From assembly GCA_032718475.1 (NCBI GenBank), contig JAUCBJ010001408.1, positions 22,022-86,021 of the forward strand: a stretch of 64,000 bases of DNA. Direction: 5' to 3'. Made by a program: the position numbers and the translations under genes. Below the pieces are notes generated by a model. It was not told the origin of the DNA and did no database searches. It saw only the letters and a list, made by a program, of their open reading frames with translations. Numbering within the stretch: the stretch's first letter is position 1; each line of letters begins with the position of its first letter. This stretch comes from Nemertoderma westbladi (taxonomy: Eukaryota; Animalia; Xenacoelomorpha). Positions 1 through 11,666 of this stretch are shown piece after piece.

Positions 1-930
1 GAAGGACAAGGGTTCATCAGCTGGAGAGAAGGACAATGGTTCATCAGCTGGAGAGAGGAACAAGGGTTCATCAGCTGGAGAGAGGAACAAGGGTTCATCA
101 GCTGGAGAGAAGGACAAGGGTTCATCACCCGGAGAGAAGGACAAGGGTTCATCACCCGGAGAGAAGGACAAGGGTTCATCAGCTGGAGAGAAGGACAAGG
201 GTTCATCACCCGGAGAAAAGGACAAGGGTTCATCAGCTGGAGAGAAGGACAAGGGTTCATCACCCGGAGAAAAGGACAAGGGTTCATCAGCTGGAGAGAA
301 GGACAAGGGTTCATTCATCAGCTGAAAATAATGACAAGGATTCATCAGCTGAAGAGAAGGACAAGGGTTCATCAGCTGAAGAGAAGGACAAGGGTCCATC
401 AGTTGAAGAGAAGGACATGGGTTCATCAGCTGAAGAGAATGACAAGGGTTAATCAGCTGGAGAGAAGGACAAGGGTTCATCAGCTGAAGAGAAGGACAAG
501 GGTTCATCAGCTGAAAAGAATGACAAGGATTCATCAGCTGAAGAGAAGGACAAGGGTTCATCAGCTGAAGAGAAGGACAAGGGTCCATCAGTTGAAGAGA
601 AGGACAGGGGTTCATCAGCTGGAGGGAAGGACAAGGGTTCATCACCTGGAGAGAGGGACAAATGTTCATCAGCTGGAGAAAGGGACAAGTGTTCATCAGC
701 CGGAGAGAAGGACAAGGGTTTATCACCCGGAGAGAAGGACAAGGGTTCATCAGCTGAAGAGAAGGACAAGGGTTCATCAGCTGGAGAGAGGGACAGGGGT
801 TCATCAGCTGGAGAGAAGGACAAGGGTTCATCAGCTGGAGAGAAGGACAGGGGTTCATCAGCTGGAGAGAAGGACAAGGATTCATCAGCTGAAGAGAAGG
901 ACAAGGGTTCATGACCCGGAGAGAAGGACA
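1..930. repeat. 27-bp minisatellite (GAAGGACAAGGGTTCATCAGCTGGAGA)n, ~34 copies, runs off the window start
   Basis: Tandem period of 27 is directly visible. The ORFs at 36-452, 331-957 and 449-952 are 9-aa repeat translations of it. Confidence 0.95.
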
Positions 931-1602
931 AGATATTCAGATCTTCAAACAAATTGAAATCAACAAGATGACAATTAAAAAAAAACGATACCTGCGATTC
1001 TTACTAAATTAAAACAAATTTCTTAGCAGTTATTTATTTATTTGGTAGGAATAATAATGTAGATGGGGGGGGGGGGGGTTGGTGAGCTGTTTTCTCACGC
1101 CATTGCAATAGTATACCAACATTAATGTTAATTATTTGTAGTTAACATTAACACCAGCCATTACCTGTCTGTATGGTATTTATGTGAGTGAGTGAATGAT
1201 AGCATTGCTAAACACTAGGGATGCAACAGAGCTAAAATTTCATCCGGAGCCGGAGCCCGGAGGTTTATCCAGGTTACAATATGAGGTCCGGCCGGAGTCG
1301 GAGCCGGAGTTTGGGGATTGATAATTCCAATTTAATTTTATAGTAGAAGCACACAGTTATGAGTTCTGAGACGGGGGGGGGGGGGGGGGGGTTGACGCAA
1401 ATTCTTTCTCGGCGAATTAATAATTCGCCTCAATGTTAAATTATCAATTAAGGGAAATGAGCCGTTTACAGTGGCATGTTATTCTATAACCAAAACAATA
1501 AACTAAATTTAATAGAACAGTTTGATTACAGTTTTATTTTTTAGGAGTAATCAGCTGTTATTTGTGTCGATTTCCCGAAATATTGTTATTGCATAAATAA
1601 AT

Positions 1603-2425
1603 CGATGGTGTTTATCATAACGACTCAAATGTCATTTTTGTCAAAATAGAGTTTTGGTGTTTTTTGGCATATTTAGACTTCTACGAATCTTCTATTAAAG
1701 TATTAGAGCCTAGAGTTGTTGCGTGTGCTTGAGTTACAGCGCATTTCAGAAAATTGCATAACCACTCAAATGCCAATTTTACATTAAGTCAAGGGAAACG
1801 GCTTTTTTTTCATAACCACTTAAACCCATAGCCCATCATTACAGATAAGGAGATGGTGATTGAAACTCGTCCCTTACAGACTCAATATACTATCAATGGG
1901 CGGGAAATTCGAATTGTAACTACTATAAGTACTTCTTTACATGACTGTTTTTTCAGATTTCAGATTAAATAAATATTTTACATTTTTAATTGACATTTAA
2001 TTGAATACCGGTAATTGTGTTTGTTCAAACAATGCACTGTATTGGTCATGAAGTCCAGGTTTTATGGAGCCGAAAGTGATGGATAGGAGGAAAGATAGTT
2101 AGCAGTTCATGAAAAGACTGTCTCGGACAGATTTCACTGATTGTTTTGTTCGTATGCCTAACATATTAATAGATATGTCGTTATGAAAAATCACAATTAA
2201 GTGAAAAAATTTTGCATAACCACTCAAATCCTAAAAAAACATCGATAAATTGGTTAAATGTCACTAAAAATCCTAATTGTGGTGTTTTACCGCATGAAAG
2301 ATTTATTATCTACCTTATGAAACGAAAAATTATCTCTTAGGTACCATAGGGGAATTAGAATGTAGAAAAATGCTCCCTGAAAATTAGGTTTTTGAGTGTT
2401 GAGTGGTTATGATAAAACACCATCG
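1603..2425. mobile_element. Non-autonomous TIR element with 4-bp AAAT TSD (Sola1-like), nested in the hAT-like MITE
   Basis: ~26-bp TIRs CGATGGTGTTTATCATAACGACTCAA / TTGAGTGGTTATGATAAAACACCATCG. AAAT at 1599-1602 and 2426-2429. Internal CATAACCACTCAAA repeats. Superfamily inferred only from the AWWT target. Confidence 0.7.
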
Positions 2426-2804
2426 AAATATAACATACTAAAAATTATAAATGAAAACTACTGGATACTGTTATAAAAGCAAAGAGCAATTCTTGAATTA
2501 TTTTATAAATAGTATGTTGTGAATAAAATAGTTGTAGAATTATAAGTATTTAAACCGATTATTTTACACAAATTCAACAAACTATCTATATAATTTTAAT
2601 GTTGTTGTTCAAATATTTAAACAATTTCACAAGGGAGGTGGTGTCAGAAAACTTAAGAAAAACAAGCTGTACCTGCAACCAATCAGTTTCAAACCACATT
2701 TGATTAAGTTAACTAACTATGATATTCGCATTATTCATAAATCAAAGAAACTTATTTATTACATGTGAAAAAAGTTATACTTTTTACCATGTAATACGTG
2801 GAAA

Positions 2805-2932
2805 TACTGGACATAACATATTAAAATGTATGGCGTAGGGACTTACTGAGAAATAATGTCGCACTGCGATGGAAAATATGTCGCCCTGGCGATTTGGTAG
2901 TGCGAAATTAATTTCACACAAATAAATAAAAA
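2805..2932 (+). repeat. Dispersed repeat equal to the uninterrupted (empty-site) version of the sequence split by BEL-A
   Basis: Reads ...GAGAAAT-AATGT-CGCACTGCGAT... The left half matches 8679-8739 and the right half matches 28608-28690, with AATGT present once (2855-2859). Confidence 0.85.
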
Positions 2933-4456
2933 ACCTTAAATTATTTTATTCGAATTTCAACAACTGTTATGCTCCGGATTATCCGAATTAATATGCCCGG
3001 AGCCGGAACCAGTATTAATGGGCCGGAGCTCCGGAGCCGGAGCTGTGTTGCATCCCTAATTAACACAATACTATCCATAGACTACTATTTTATTGAACGT
3101 TAATATTCTATAATATTCTTTATTATTCTATAAAGTTATTCTACAGATACTAATTTCTGTGTTATTGTGTATATTGTTTAGGTATTTAGTATTTAGATTA
3201 AAATGCCCCATTATATTATGTAACATCAGCTGTTTTAAACGTGTTTGATAATTTATATATTTTATTCAATTATTACAAATAAATGGTTAGATATTCCGGT
3301 AGTCTCTTTGGTTGTAGGAGGAATGTTACACCGACCAAACTTATTGCAGTACATATTCATTCGCTGGCTCTATTTTTATATATTCGTATGTTTGTTATGA
3401 AATAATTGTACGTATGTTAAAACAATGAAAAATACATTCAATATATACCATGTTTATTTTATTGATGTACTTTTTATCCTTAAGTGAATTAAGTTAATGT
3501 TAAAAATCGTAAACATGAAAAAAGATTAATGTAAAGTTTTGTGTTACAAACATTAACTGTCACTGTTAACTTTTAGTAAGTTCGATTTTTGCTCTCCTAA
3601 CCCACTAAGTTAGATTAATGTTCTAACTGATATTGTTACACCAATTTGTGACAGAAACTCTTGTTTGTCACAAAATATTAAATGTTTTAAGTAATTAATT
3701 AATTTTGTCTCTAAGTTAAGGAAATTAATTTATATTCGCGAAAATATATTATGACAATAATATTTAATGATTCGTTTTAAACTAATGCTGAAATCTTTGT
3801 TGATACATTTACCTATGAATGTTATGACTTTTGGGTCGAGCCACTACATCTGTTAGCTTTGGCATACACCTTAGTATTGTCCGTCCTTCCATTTCTACTT
3901 CCGTTGTTTGAACGTTGTAACCTTGCGCTTCCAAGGTTAAGCTGTTCTCCATAGAAACCGATTTTATTTGTGGTTATAGCAATAATAAATAATAATTATT
4001 ATTATTTTATTTAATTCAGCCAGGAAGGTAGTATTATCTAAAATGAAATAAAAGTGTAATTATAGGTAAGGAAAAATAATTAATTAAAGTAAATTACACT
4101 TAGTATATCAGTAATACAGATTTTATTTAGAATAGATTTATTTGTAGTATATAGCGGTTTTTTGGATGCTGATCACGATTATAGAACTCAAATATAATAT
4201 TCGAGAAAATTTCTGGTCATTTTGAATGTGGCCCCTGGGGTACGAAATATAAAAGTAGAGCAAATATGATAATAAAAAGATTTACTAATTTAACCTGATT
4301 TTATGTCCTTATTGGTTTTTCCGTGTAGTTGACAAAATTTGATATAATTCACGTATCGTAGGACGTAGAGTAATATTAATTTCAATACGTGTCATTAAAA
4401 TACGTGTCACTAAAATACGTGTCAATACGTGTCGCTATTGGGAAGCGTGTGCTTTA

Positions 4457-4488
<32 letters not shown>

Positions 4489-4638
4489 ACCACCCCCCGG
4501 GGGGGTGGGGGGGGGGGGAGGGGAGGGAGGGGCGTTAAATTAGCTCCAACGTCTCAAAACAAAAATTTATAATATGGTTGTTTACCCTATTTCCTATATC
4601 CTATTTTGTTATTAATAATGATTTTTAGCTGATACTTA

Positions 4639-5647
4639 CAGTCCCAATCCCAATAAACATTAACTTGGTCATTTTGGCGGCCAAAATTACCAAAATGGCC
4701 AAGTAAAAACTGCGGTATTCATGAAAGGAACTCCTGAGGCACGTTGGCTTGTCAATCACAGCCAGTGAATAGAGGCTGAGTGTAAGTAAAGCCCAGCATG
4801 TTCGCACTGAGGTAGAGTTCTGATGTAGAGTTCTCTCTACCTTCAGGTAGAAAGAAAGGCTCCAGTGTAGTAATGGCTGGGCTCGCCACTACTGTAGTAA
4901 ACATGCCTGTAAGAGTGCAGTGTGAGGTGCTCGCCCTAATTTATTATTTTCAACATATTTTTTACTAATCTAATAATTAACACACACGGCTGTCACTAAG
5001 GTTACAAACAGTGAGCTAGCACTTGCAGCATAATAATTAATTAATTATTTACTTTTATTCTATTCGATTGGTAATAAAAATAACAAGTTCATATCTTTAA
5101 TTCGTAAAAATTCTTTAAAATATGAGAAAAGTACTTTACACAGATTTTTCTTTATTTAGCTGTTTAGTACGCTATAATATAAATGCTCTCATAAATACAG
5201 TTAGGGAGGGGGGGGGGGGTTCGCACAGCTGTTCCTAAGCCAAACAATGAAACTCGCATAAGATACCTGTTGTACGCTTATAGTTACATGGAGTGTGAAT
5301 ATCTCATTAGGGTTACATGGTTCTGCCTTGGCACGCCTTAACAAATTCATCTAATGCTGTTACATTCTAAGCCCTTTTTAATGCCTTTATAGTTTAGGTG
5401 GTCTCTATTAAGTTCTACCACCAGGTAGAACTATCTGTCAATAATAAAAATGAAAGCGAGCCGACATTTAGTCAGAGCAACCAAATGGATGTCCAAGGAG
5501 ACGGGCTGTCTGGACTTGACTGAGTCGAGTTAAATCGCTTCGCCAAAACGACCAAGTAGCCCATAGGAATACACTACATTTTTTTGGTGATTTTGGTCAT
5601 TTTGGCCGCCAAAACGACCAAGTTAATGTTTATTGGGATTGGGACTG
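4639..5647. mobile_element. Tc1/mariner-type MITE
   Basis: ~60-bp TIRs starting CAGTCCCAATCCCAATAAACATTAACTTGGTC and ending ...GGGATTGGGACTG. TA on both sides (4637-4638, 5648-5649). Confidence 0.85.
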
Positions 5648-5737
5648 TACACTAAATGCAACTCCAATCAAATAATGTACCGCAATGGAGTAGCGAATGG
5701 CAACATCTATTACCTTGAGAGAATTATTGCTTGGCAA

Positions 5738-6010
5738 CTACTACTACTACTACTAGGATCGGCATGCTGCATTGCAGCTGCATTTTTAAGAATGCTGTGC
5801 CGGCTTGTCAACAAAATTGCACCGCCACAACTCCCTATCACCCATGACATTTGCTAGATCATCCGCATCTTTAAGGCCAGTGTCCTTTAAGATGCGTCTC
5901 AAGAAAGTCATGGGCTGTCCACCATGCTTATTCACTCCATGAGGCTGCCAAAGTACAAGATTATGCACTGGCTGGTCCTCACGGCGAAAGCAATGTCCTG
6001 CAACACGGAG
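5738..6010 (-). mobile_element. 5'-truncated RTE-clade LINE (3' end of RT ORF plus (TAG)n tail)
   Basis: Translation LRVAGHCFRREDQPVHNLVLWQPHG..GGQPMTF..LKDTG..MGDRELWR resembles RTE C-termini. (TAG)6 tail at 5738-5755. Confidence 0.75.
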
Positions 6011-6235
6011 GGGTAATCAATACACCGTTAATGCCAATCTAATTAACGGCTGACTTTTATCGGGTTGGTTGTATTAATATTAGCATGTTTGTGGATTTGT
6101 TTATTTTTTGTAATTATTTTCAAATTTTATCAAAATTATCGTTTTAACCGGTATTTTTATGTTGTATATTTTTATTTATAAAGTACGGCTCTACCTCGAG
6201 TGGGAATATTGAGTTACTTTATATAAATTTGCTAG

Positions 6236-7277
6236 TGTTAGACGTAGAATGAAATAAAATGTTTCTTAATTATTAATTCGACGAACTATATTCTCTGAGT
6301 ATACCGAAAGCTAGCCATCCTTGGTCACCATGGTTACCAATAGACCACACGTGGTATTACCATAGAAACGAGGCGCCACCATTGGCAATCCGAGAGAACA
6401 CGACTGCAGGGGAAATGATGACAGATATCTACCGACACTCTGGCAACAATAATGTTCTAGAACTTTCGCAAAGACGCGACGCTTCTACCTACAGAATACC
6501 GCCGGATTTCCTAAACAAATCGAGAATATAAACCTGGAAACCCTTTTTCTTTCCACGACAACCGACACCAGACACGCGACTACGGGTTTTATTTCGAAAG
6601 ATAAGTTTGGGAAGTTTAAATCCTATGGAGATTAGCGGCAGCATCTGTCTGCGAACCACATCGAGTGGGTGAGTGACACAGCTGGGCGAGGTACCCAGCC
6701 CTACACGTCGGTTTACCGGAGGAGTTTCAACCGAGTCTCGTCTGTAACCCCGGATACTACCGCGGGGATATCGCTTGATATCCCTCCTGTATTCCGGGCC
6801 GCCACCTCGGAATCATTCCGACCCCACTCCCGCTTCCCCCGTGTCTACCCGAACCCCGTAGTCAGGGCGACTGATCGCTCGGAATATATCCGGGTTGGTA
6901 TGACAGCCCCTGATTCCGGTTCATTTAGGACTCCTCTTCGCTCCCTCGCTTTGGCACAGGAACCGTTCCAGAAACCCAATAACTGGCGATATTCAAACAG
7001 AGGCGTTAAAATATAATAGGATTTATTTGTATATTATTAGGTAATAAAGAATTTTAATTAACAATTAATTTGTTTAATTATATCAGCTGATTTTGAAAAG
7101 TCCAAATTTTGCTCTCGGAACTCCTCCGACGTTCTCAAAATGTTTCTATAAAATATATTAGGTAATATTAGGCAGACAACTGATACGGATGTCGAAATAT
7201 TTAAGGCAACACTTATGAGTTAAGGTTCACCTTAGCTAAGGTTGATTTATATGCAACCGGCCCCTCCTGGTCTAACA
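6236..7277. mobile_element. Probable solo LTR (~1.04 kb)
   Basis: TGTTAGAC...GTCTAACA 8-bp inverted termini (TG...CA). 5-bp flanks GCTAG / GCAAG match 4/5. No coding content. Confidence 0.55.
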
Positions 7278-7676
7278 GCAAGTTAAGTAAATAAAGTTAA
7301 GTTATTGCAACTATAATTTATTAATATATTGTAAATATTAACCAAACATAAACCAATAACCCATAACCATCACACATATAAACTGGTAACATATAGTAGA
7401 ATAGCCAAGATTCAGTCTCTTCTAAAACTTATTGGGAATTCAAACTGCAAAATAAATAATAAAAACGTTAAAGTAAATAATTTTATAGTAACAAACGATA
7501 TTTATTCCGGAACTCATTATTATTAATTATTATTATTAACTTTTCAGGCAAATATATTATTATATTTTATTTATATTTATTTTATAATTAAATATATAAG
7601 TTAGTTTCCAACGCAACTCTATTGAAATTATTTAGTAATTTTATATAAAACTTACAGTTTTACTAAATCCAAATCT

Positions 7677-8366
7677 TCATTTCAACTCGAGAAGCCGGAT
7701 TGTAGATAGTAAAACTATCCCAATAAGGTCCTTTCTTCCACCCCCCATATACCAAATTCTTTCCAAAATATACCAAATTTCTTCCACCCCCCTATAATGA
7801 TACGCACCATATTCTCCGTTCAAGTTACTCCACCCGCACCAGTCGTACCACCACGCCCCAGTACGATATACGGCGCAGTTGGAGTCCCACCTGTCATTAT
7901 CGCGGTCTTTGGTAGAGAATGGGAGACCGTTGTGCCACTCCAATGAGTCACCAGCAGTACCATGGTAACCGGATACATGTATGGTGTAATTAGTTGTAGC
8001 TGATCCGATAGAGAAGTTGTTGTATTCCGCGTATCGGTGTTCGTTGTTGTAATCCACCCACCCCCTTCCAGTGAACCACAAATCGACCCTCAACTTCACC
8101 CCGCCTTCACTCAGCTTGTGGATCATCTCCAACCCCATCCAAAAATTGGTATTCGGGTCGCCAAATCCTTCAACATATTCATCCCAGTTCCGATAGAAGT
8201 CAACAGATCCATCAACTCGTTGTTGAATCTTCAACCCATCTTTCTGCTTTATTAGCCGAGGAGCCATTTGCTGATACAGTGTAATGGATAATTTCCCTAT
8301 CTCTGTATCATGTAACATGGAAACGAACTCTTCCAACTTTGTAACCTGTTCTTCCAACTCTTTATT
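7677..8366 (-). CDS. Terminal exon (5) of a secreted fibrinogen-related-domain (FReD; ficolin/angiopoietin/tachylectin-like) gene
   Basis: Motifs IQQRVDGSVDFYRNWDEYVEGFG, FWMGLEMIH, YAEYNNFSIG, GYHGTAGDSL, FSTKDRDND, NCA..GAWWY..C..SNLNG. Phase-0 acceptor TTTCCTAACAG at 8367. Stop at 7677. Confidence 0.93.
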   Translation of the reverse strand, partial: NKELEEQVTKLEEFVSMLHDTEIGKLSITLYQQMAPRLIKQKDGLKIQQRVDGSVDFYRNWDEYVEGFGDPNTNFWMGLEMIHKLSEGGVKLRVDLWFTGRGWVDYNNEHRYAEYNNFSIGSATTNYTIHVSGYHGTAGDSLEWHNGLPFSTKDRDNDRWDSNCAVYRTGAWWYDWCGWSNLNGEYGAYHYRGVEEIWYILERIWYMGGGRKDLIGIVLLSTIRLLELK

Positions 8367-8739
8367 CTGTTAGGAAATATTATTAATTGAAATTGTTTAT
8401 TAAATTCTGTAAATCCTCTGCCCACATCTGATCAGTGGTTGGGTTGGAGTTCTCTAGGGAAATCATTAAACGCCGGCATTTCGACCCAACATTTAGAGCA
8501 ATTAAATACTAACTATATTACGTCGTTGCTAATAAAATAGCACATTATAGCGTTACGGCACGAGTGATTTTGTGTAGTGAAATAATAAAACGAGGGCCGT
8601 AAAAGATTTAATGTGGTGGAATTATTTGTAGTTTTGCACTTAAACTTTCTAGAACAACCTAATAATGACGCGGTGACATACTGGATATACTGAAATACAT
8701 AGTAAATGTATGGCGTAGGGACATACTGAGAAATAATGT

Positions 8740-10967
8740 TATTCGAAGAGACGGTAACAATACCTGCAATATCCTACTGTAAAGTTTGTAAATCAAATCA
8801 TAAATCCGACCTTCTCACCAAAACAGTAAACTCTAAGTAAACGAATATATTGCAGTATCGATCTCTTATAACCGGTGAGGCAGAAAACAGTCTACGAGCA
8901 GACAAACTTCGATGAAACAAAATCCCGCACAGCGAATCCTAAAATCAGGCTGACTCACTGACGGACTAAGGGGCTCGTATACTTTGCCGCGGTGTGATTT
9001 ATATGGTTTGGGCAAAAGGGACGCTAGCTAGGTACAGAGGCAGATATTTGGAGATGTCTAACTAGCGAGCAAAGTGCAGTAAGGACGAAAGTTAATTTTA
9101 TATATTTTGAGGTGTAAATAATTTCTAACGCGCGCGTGTCAATTCTGAACGGTCAAAGCAGTTTTGCTCCTTCACATATATAATTACTGGGTACGGTGTG
9201 CATTTTACGAATATTCTAATTTTATAACTTGTAGGTCCAATACTCACGAATGATAAGGTTCCTTCCCCTCTTGCGTATTTCCAGGACTCAAATTCAGGCA
9301 TAAGGTTAGTACTACGCCCAGAATTCGGCAATTTTAGGTACCAGGTCCCTGATACTAAGAAGAGATGTGTTAGTTTACTACTGTAGGCGTACGGGTACTA
9401 ATAGCTATCCTGGCTCCTATCTAGAATTTTAGTCACCCAGGTAGTCCGGGTAACTTCCTATTAGGGCGTTGGCGGGGACACGGTAGATGTTAGTATATCC
9501 CTAATAGCCTCAATTTATTTGCGCCTAGTACGTAAACTGCCCTACCGCCTGAACGGTACAATCCCAATTCAGGTGAAAACACAGCAACCCCCCTAGCCTA
9601 CAAGTTCTAATACAATGGACACTGTCGTACGGCAAATAGTCACAGACGCACCTGTACTTAGCAAGAGTTAAGCGTACAGTTTGCTGCACCCTAACCAATG
9701 TGTATGCCTTGTACCGGTGTGCCTACGTCCTATCTGCGTACTAGTATTTGCCTGCGCTCTCCCTCCCCCCCGTAGGAATATGAAGGTCTACTGCGGTTTT
9801 TCCTGAATCAAGACAGTACAGTCCCTATGATGTAATTTTAGGCTTGCAGCGTGTCACTACGTCTACCTTTTGATCTTTTGGTCTTACACTTAGGTAGCAA
9901 GGATCGAACGCTGTCTAACCTTTCAGGCGATGGGCGAATAACTCTAGATGGTATTGCGGGTTGTCTCTCGTCTACATTCCCGTGATGTTCCCGTTCATTG
10001 CTGCGGCCCGATCTCTAGCCGGCCATCCTGTCCCTTAAGTTTGTTCACCGTAGTGAATCCATGATAAAACAGATAGAAAAGGGCTGAGTTTGACAAATAT
10101 TTCTAACTTTTATTACAAATCAAACAGATAAGATAATAAAGTCTCATTAGTACAGATTGAAGAAGTAGTAGGTTGATAAGAAGTGAACTAATGAACGAAA
10201 TCGCACCTTTATATACCGAATTTGTGCCGCAATCAATCGAGAAAATTCTCGATTGTTCTACAGGTTCTAACGGGGTTTTAAAGATAGCTATTGGTCCAGC
10301 TAATATATAACTTGCACGACATTGGTTACAATCAAATAACTACAGTCTCATTGGTACAGATAAATGCAATTAATTTGTAGCGGTTAATTTAAACGAGTTG
10401 AAATTCTGTACAAAAAATAATTCGCACTTACTAGGATTCGAACTTTCTTTCAATAGATAATTAAGTCTTATTCTAATAATAATAATAAAATACATGACAT
10501 AATACAATTAACGAACAAAGCAACACAAAAACAGCACTGACAATGGGAAACAACAAAGAGTTAAAATTCGTCTGCCAGCCCAACACCGCGCAGACCCGCC
10601 CCGTCACCAAATCCGAGAGCCCGCCAAGACCGACGTCCCCCTCGGAGGCAGAGGGAGTTGGACCGGAGGAGCGCGAACTGCAGCCGCCGGCGAACACCCC
10701 CCAGAACGCACGCGAGGCCCCTCTCTCTCATACCATCCCGCCTCGACACAAGTGTCTCGGCGAGATGGCGGATTAGGATTCGAACTCAATACCTACTACA
10801 CATATAATTTCCAACGCTCTACCGACTGAGCTACTGAACCACTTGACCGATAGATGTACAAATGATAGAACCAATACGAATGAGAACTCAAAGCAATCTT
10901 TACAAAGTTAATTCGAATAAAATAGAAATTTTGAAAATCCACGGCATTTAGGGAATATAATTCTATA
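8740..10967 (-). repeat. BEL-A 3' LTR (2228 bp, includes 342 bp absent from the 5' LTR)
   Basis: Direct repeat of 26723-28607. About 8 substitutions and one 1-bp indel seen by eye, plus the 342-bp block between 13-bp repeats at 10432-10444 and 10774-10786. Confidence 0.97.
10774..10840 (-). promoter_or_regulatory. tRNA-derived Pol III promoter (A and B box) in LTR U3; second copy at 28414-28480
   Basis: Minus strand GGTTCAGTAGCTCAGTCGGTAGAGC...GAGTTCGAATCC has an intact D-arm (GCTC/GAGC) and T-loop but no acceptor-stem 3' strand or anticodon stem, so it is not a tRNA gene. Confidence 0.7.
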
Positions 10968-10975
10968 CCGCTCCA
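10968..10975 (-). promoter_or_regulatory. Short polypurine tract (TGGAGCGG) abutting the 3' LTR
   Basis: The same GGAGCGG lies at the equivalent position in BEL-B (39756-39762). Confidence 0.65.
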
Positions 10976-11666
10976 TGAAAACAGGATATTATCGTGCATA
11001 AAATATACGGTTTTCACCAATAATCAATCAAACTATAGAATACTTAGGGCGTACTTACATATTTACAAATTAAATTTCAAATAATACTTCCTTTCTACGT
11101 AATGATTCGATACAAAATAATTACAAATTCAAACTTTACGTATTTAAGGCTTTACTAAGTAAGTACAATATAAATCTAAATTAAATTCACCAATATAAAT
11201 CTATTGCATCTCAAATATTGCATAAATTCAAACAATTACAAATACAAATAAATGAAAACAATAAGAAAGGCTCGCGAGTCTTCCATCTACTATTGCATCT
11301 CAAATATTGCATAAATTCAAGTAATTACAAATACTTTCGTACCTAAATGTAGATTGCATAAGTTTGGAATAATTACAAATATGAGTCTTTCTAAGCACAA
11401 AACTTTCTGACTATAAAACTTTCTAAATACAAAATATAACACTTTACAAATGAAACTATAAGAAAGGCCCACGAGTCTTCCATCTACTCTTACTTTCTAT
11501 TTCACTGTAAATACAAATACTGCTTATAAAATATAAATTGCATAATATTCGGAACAATATAAATTGCATAAGTTCGGAATAATCACAAATATAAAATATA
11601 AATTCAAATAAATCACAAAATCATAAGAAAGGCTCACGAGTCCTCCGTCCACCCTTGCCCTCCCTT

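Larger units (their letters stand above)
1216..3058. mobile_element. Non-autonomous hAT-like DNA transposon (MITE)
   Basis: 18-bp TIR with 1 mismatch (TAGGGATGCAACAGAGCT / AGCTGTGTTGCATCCCTA). Subterminal CCGGAG repeats at both ends. 8-bp flanks CTAAACAC / ATTAACAC match 6/8. No transposase. Confidence 0.75.

Noticed and set aside
1-930. CRISPR array (also considered for 29620-30602 and the 122-bp subrepeats)
   Set aside because: No unique spacers, no cas genes, eukaryotic context.
36-957. ORFs over the 27-bp repeat as genes
   Set aside because: Open in several frames and on both strands because the period is a multiple of 3. A frameshift near 310 and a stop near 450 break them. A low-complexity exon cannot be fully excluded.
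4460-4533. Poly-C / poly-G tract as a functional structure
   Set aside because: Low-complexity and error-prone homopolymers with no supporting context.
8737-8739. TGT as a canonical LTR start for BEL-A
   Set aside because: It is part of the AATGT TSD and is absent at the second LTR (CCTAC|TATTCG).
10473-10697. 74-aa ORF with hydrophobic C-terminus in the LTR extra block
   Set aside because: GTG start, absent from the other LTR, and the hydrophobicity follows from T-rich sequence.
10774-10840. Functional tRNA gene
   Set aside because: The acceptor and anticodon stems cannot form; only the A and B boxes remain.
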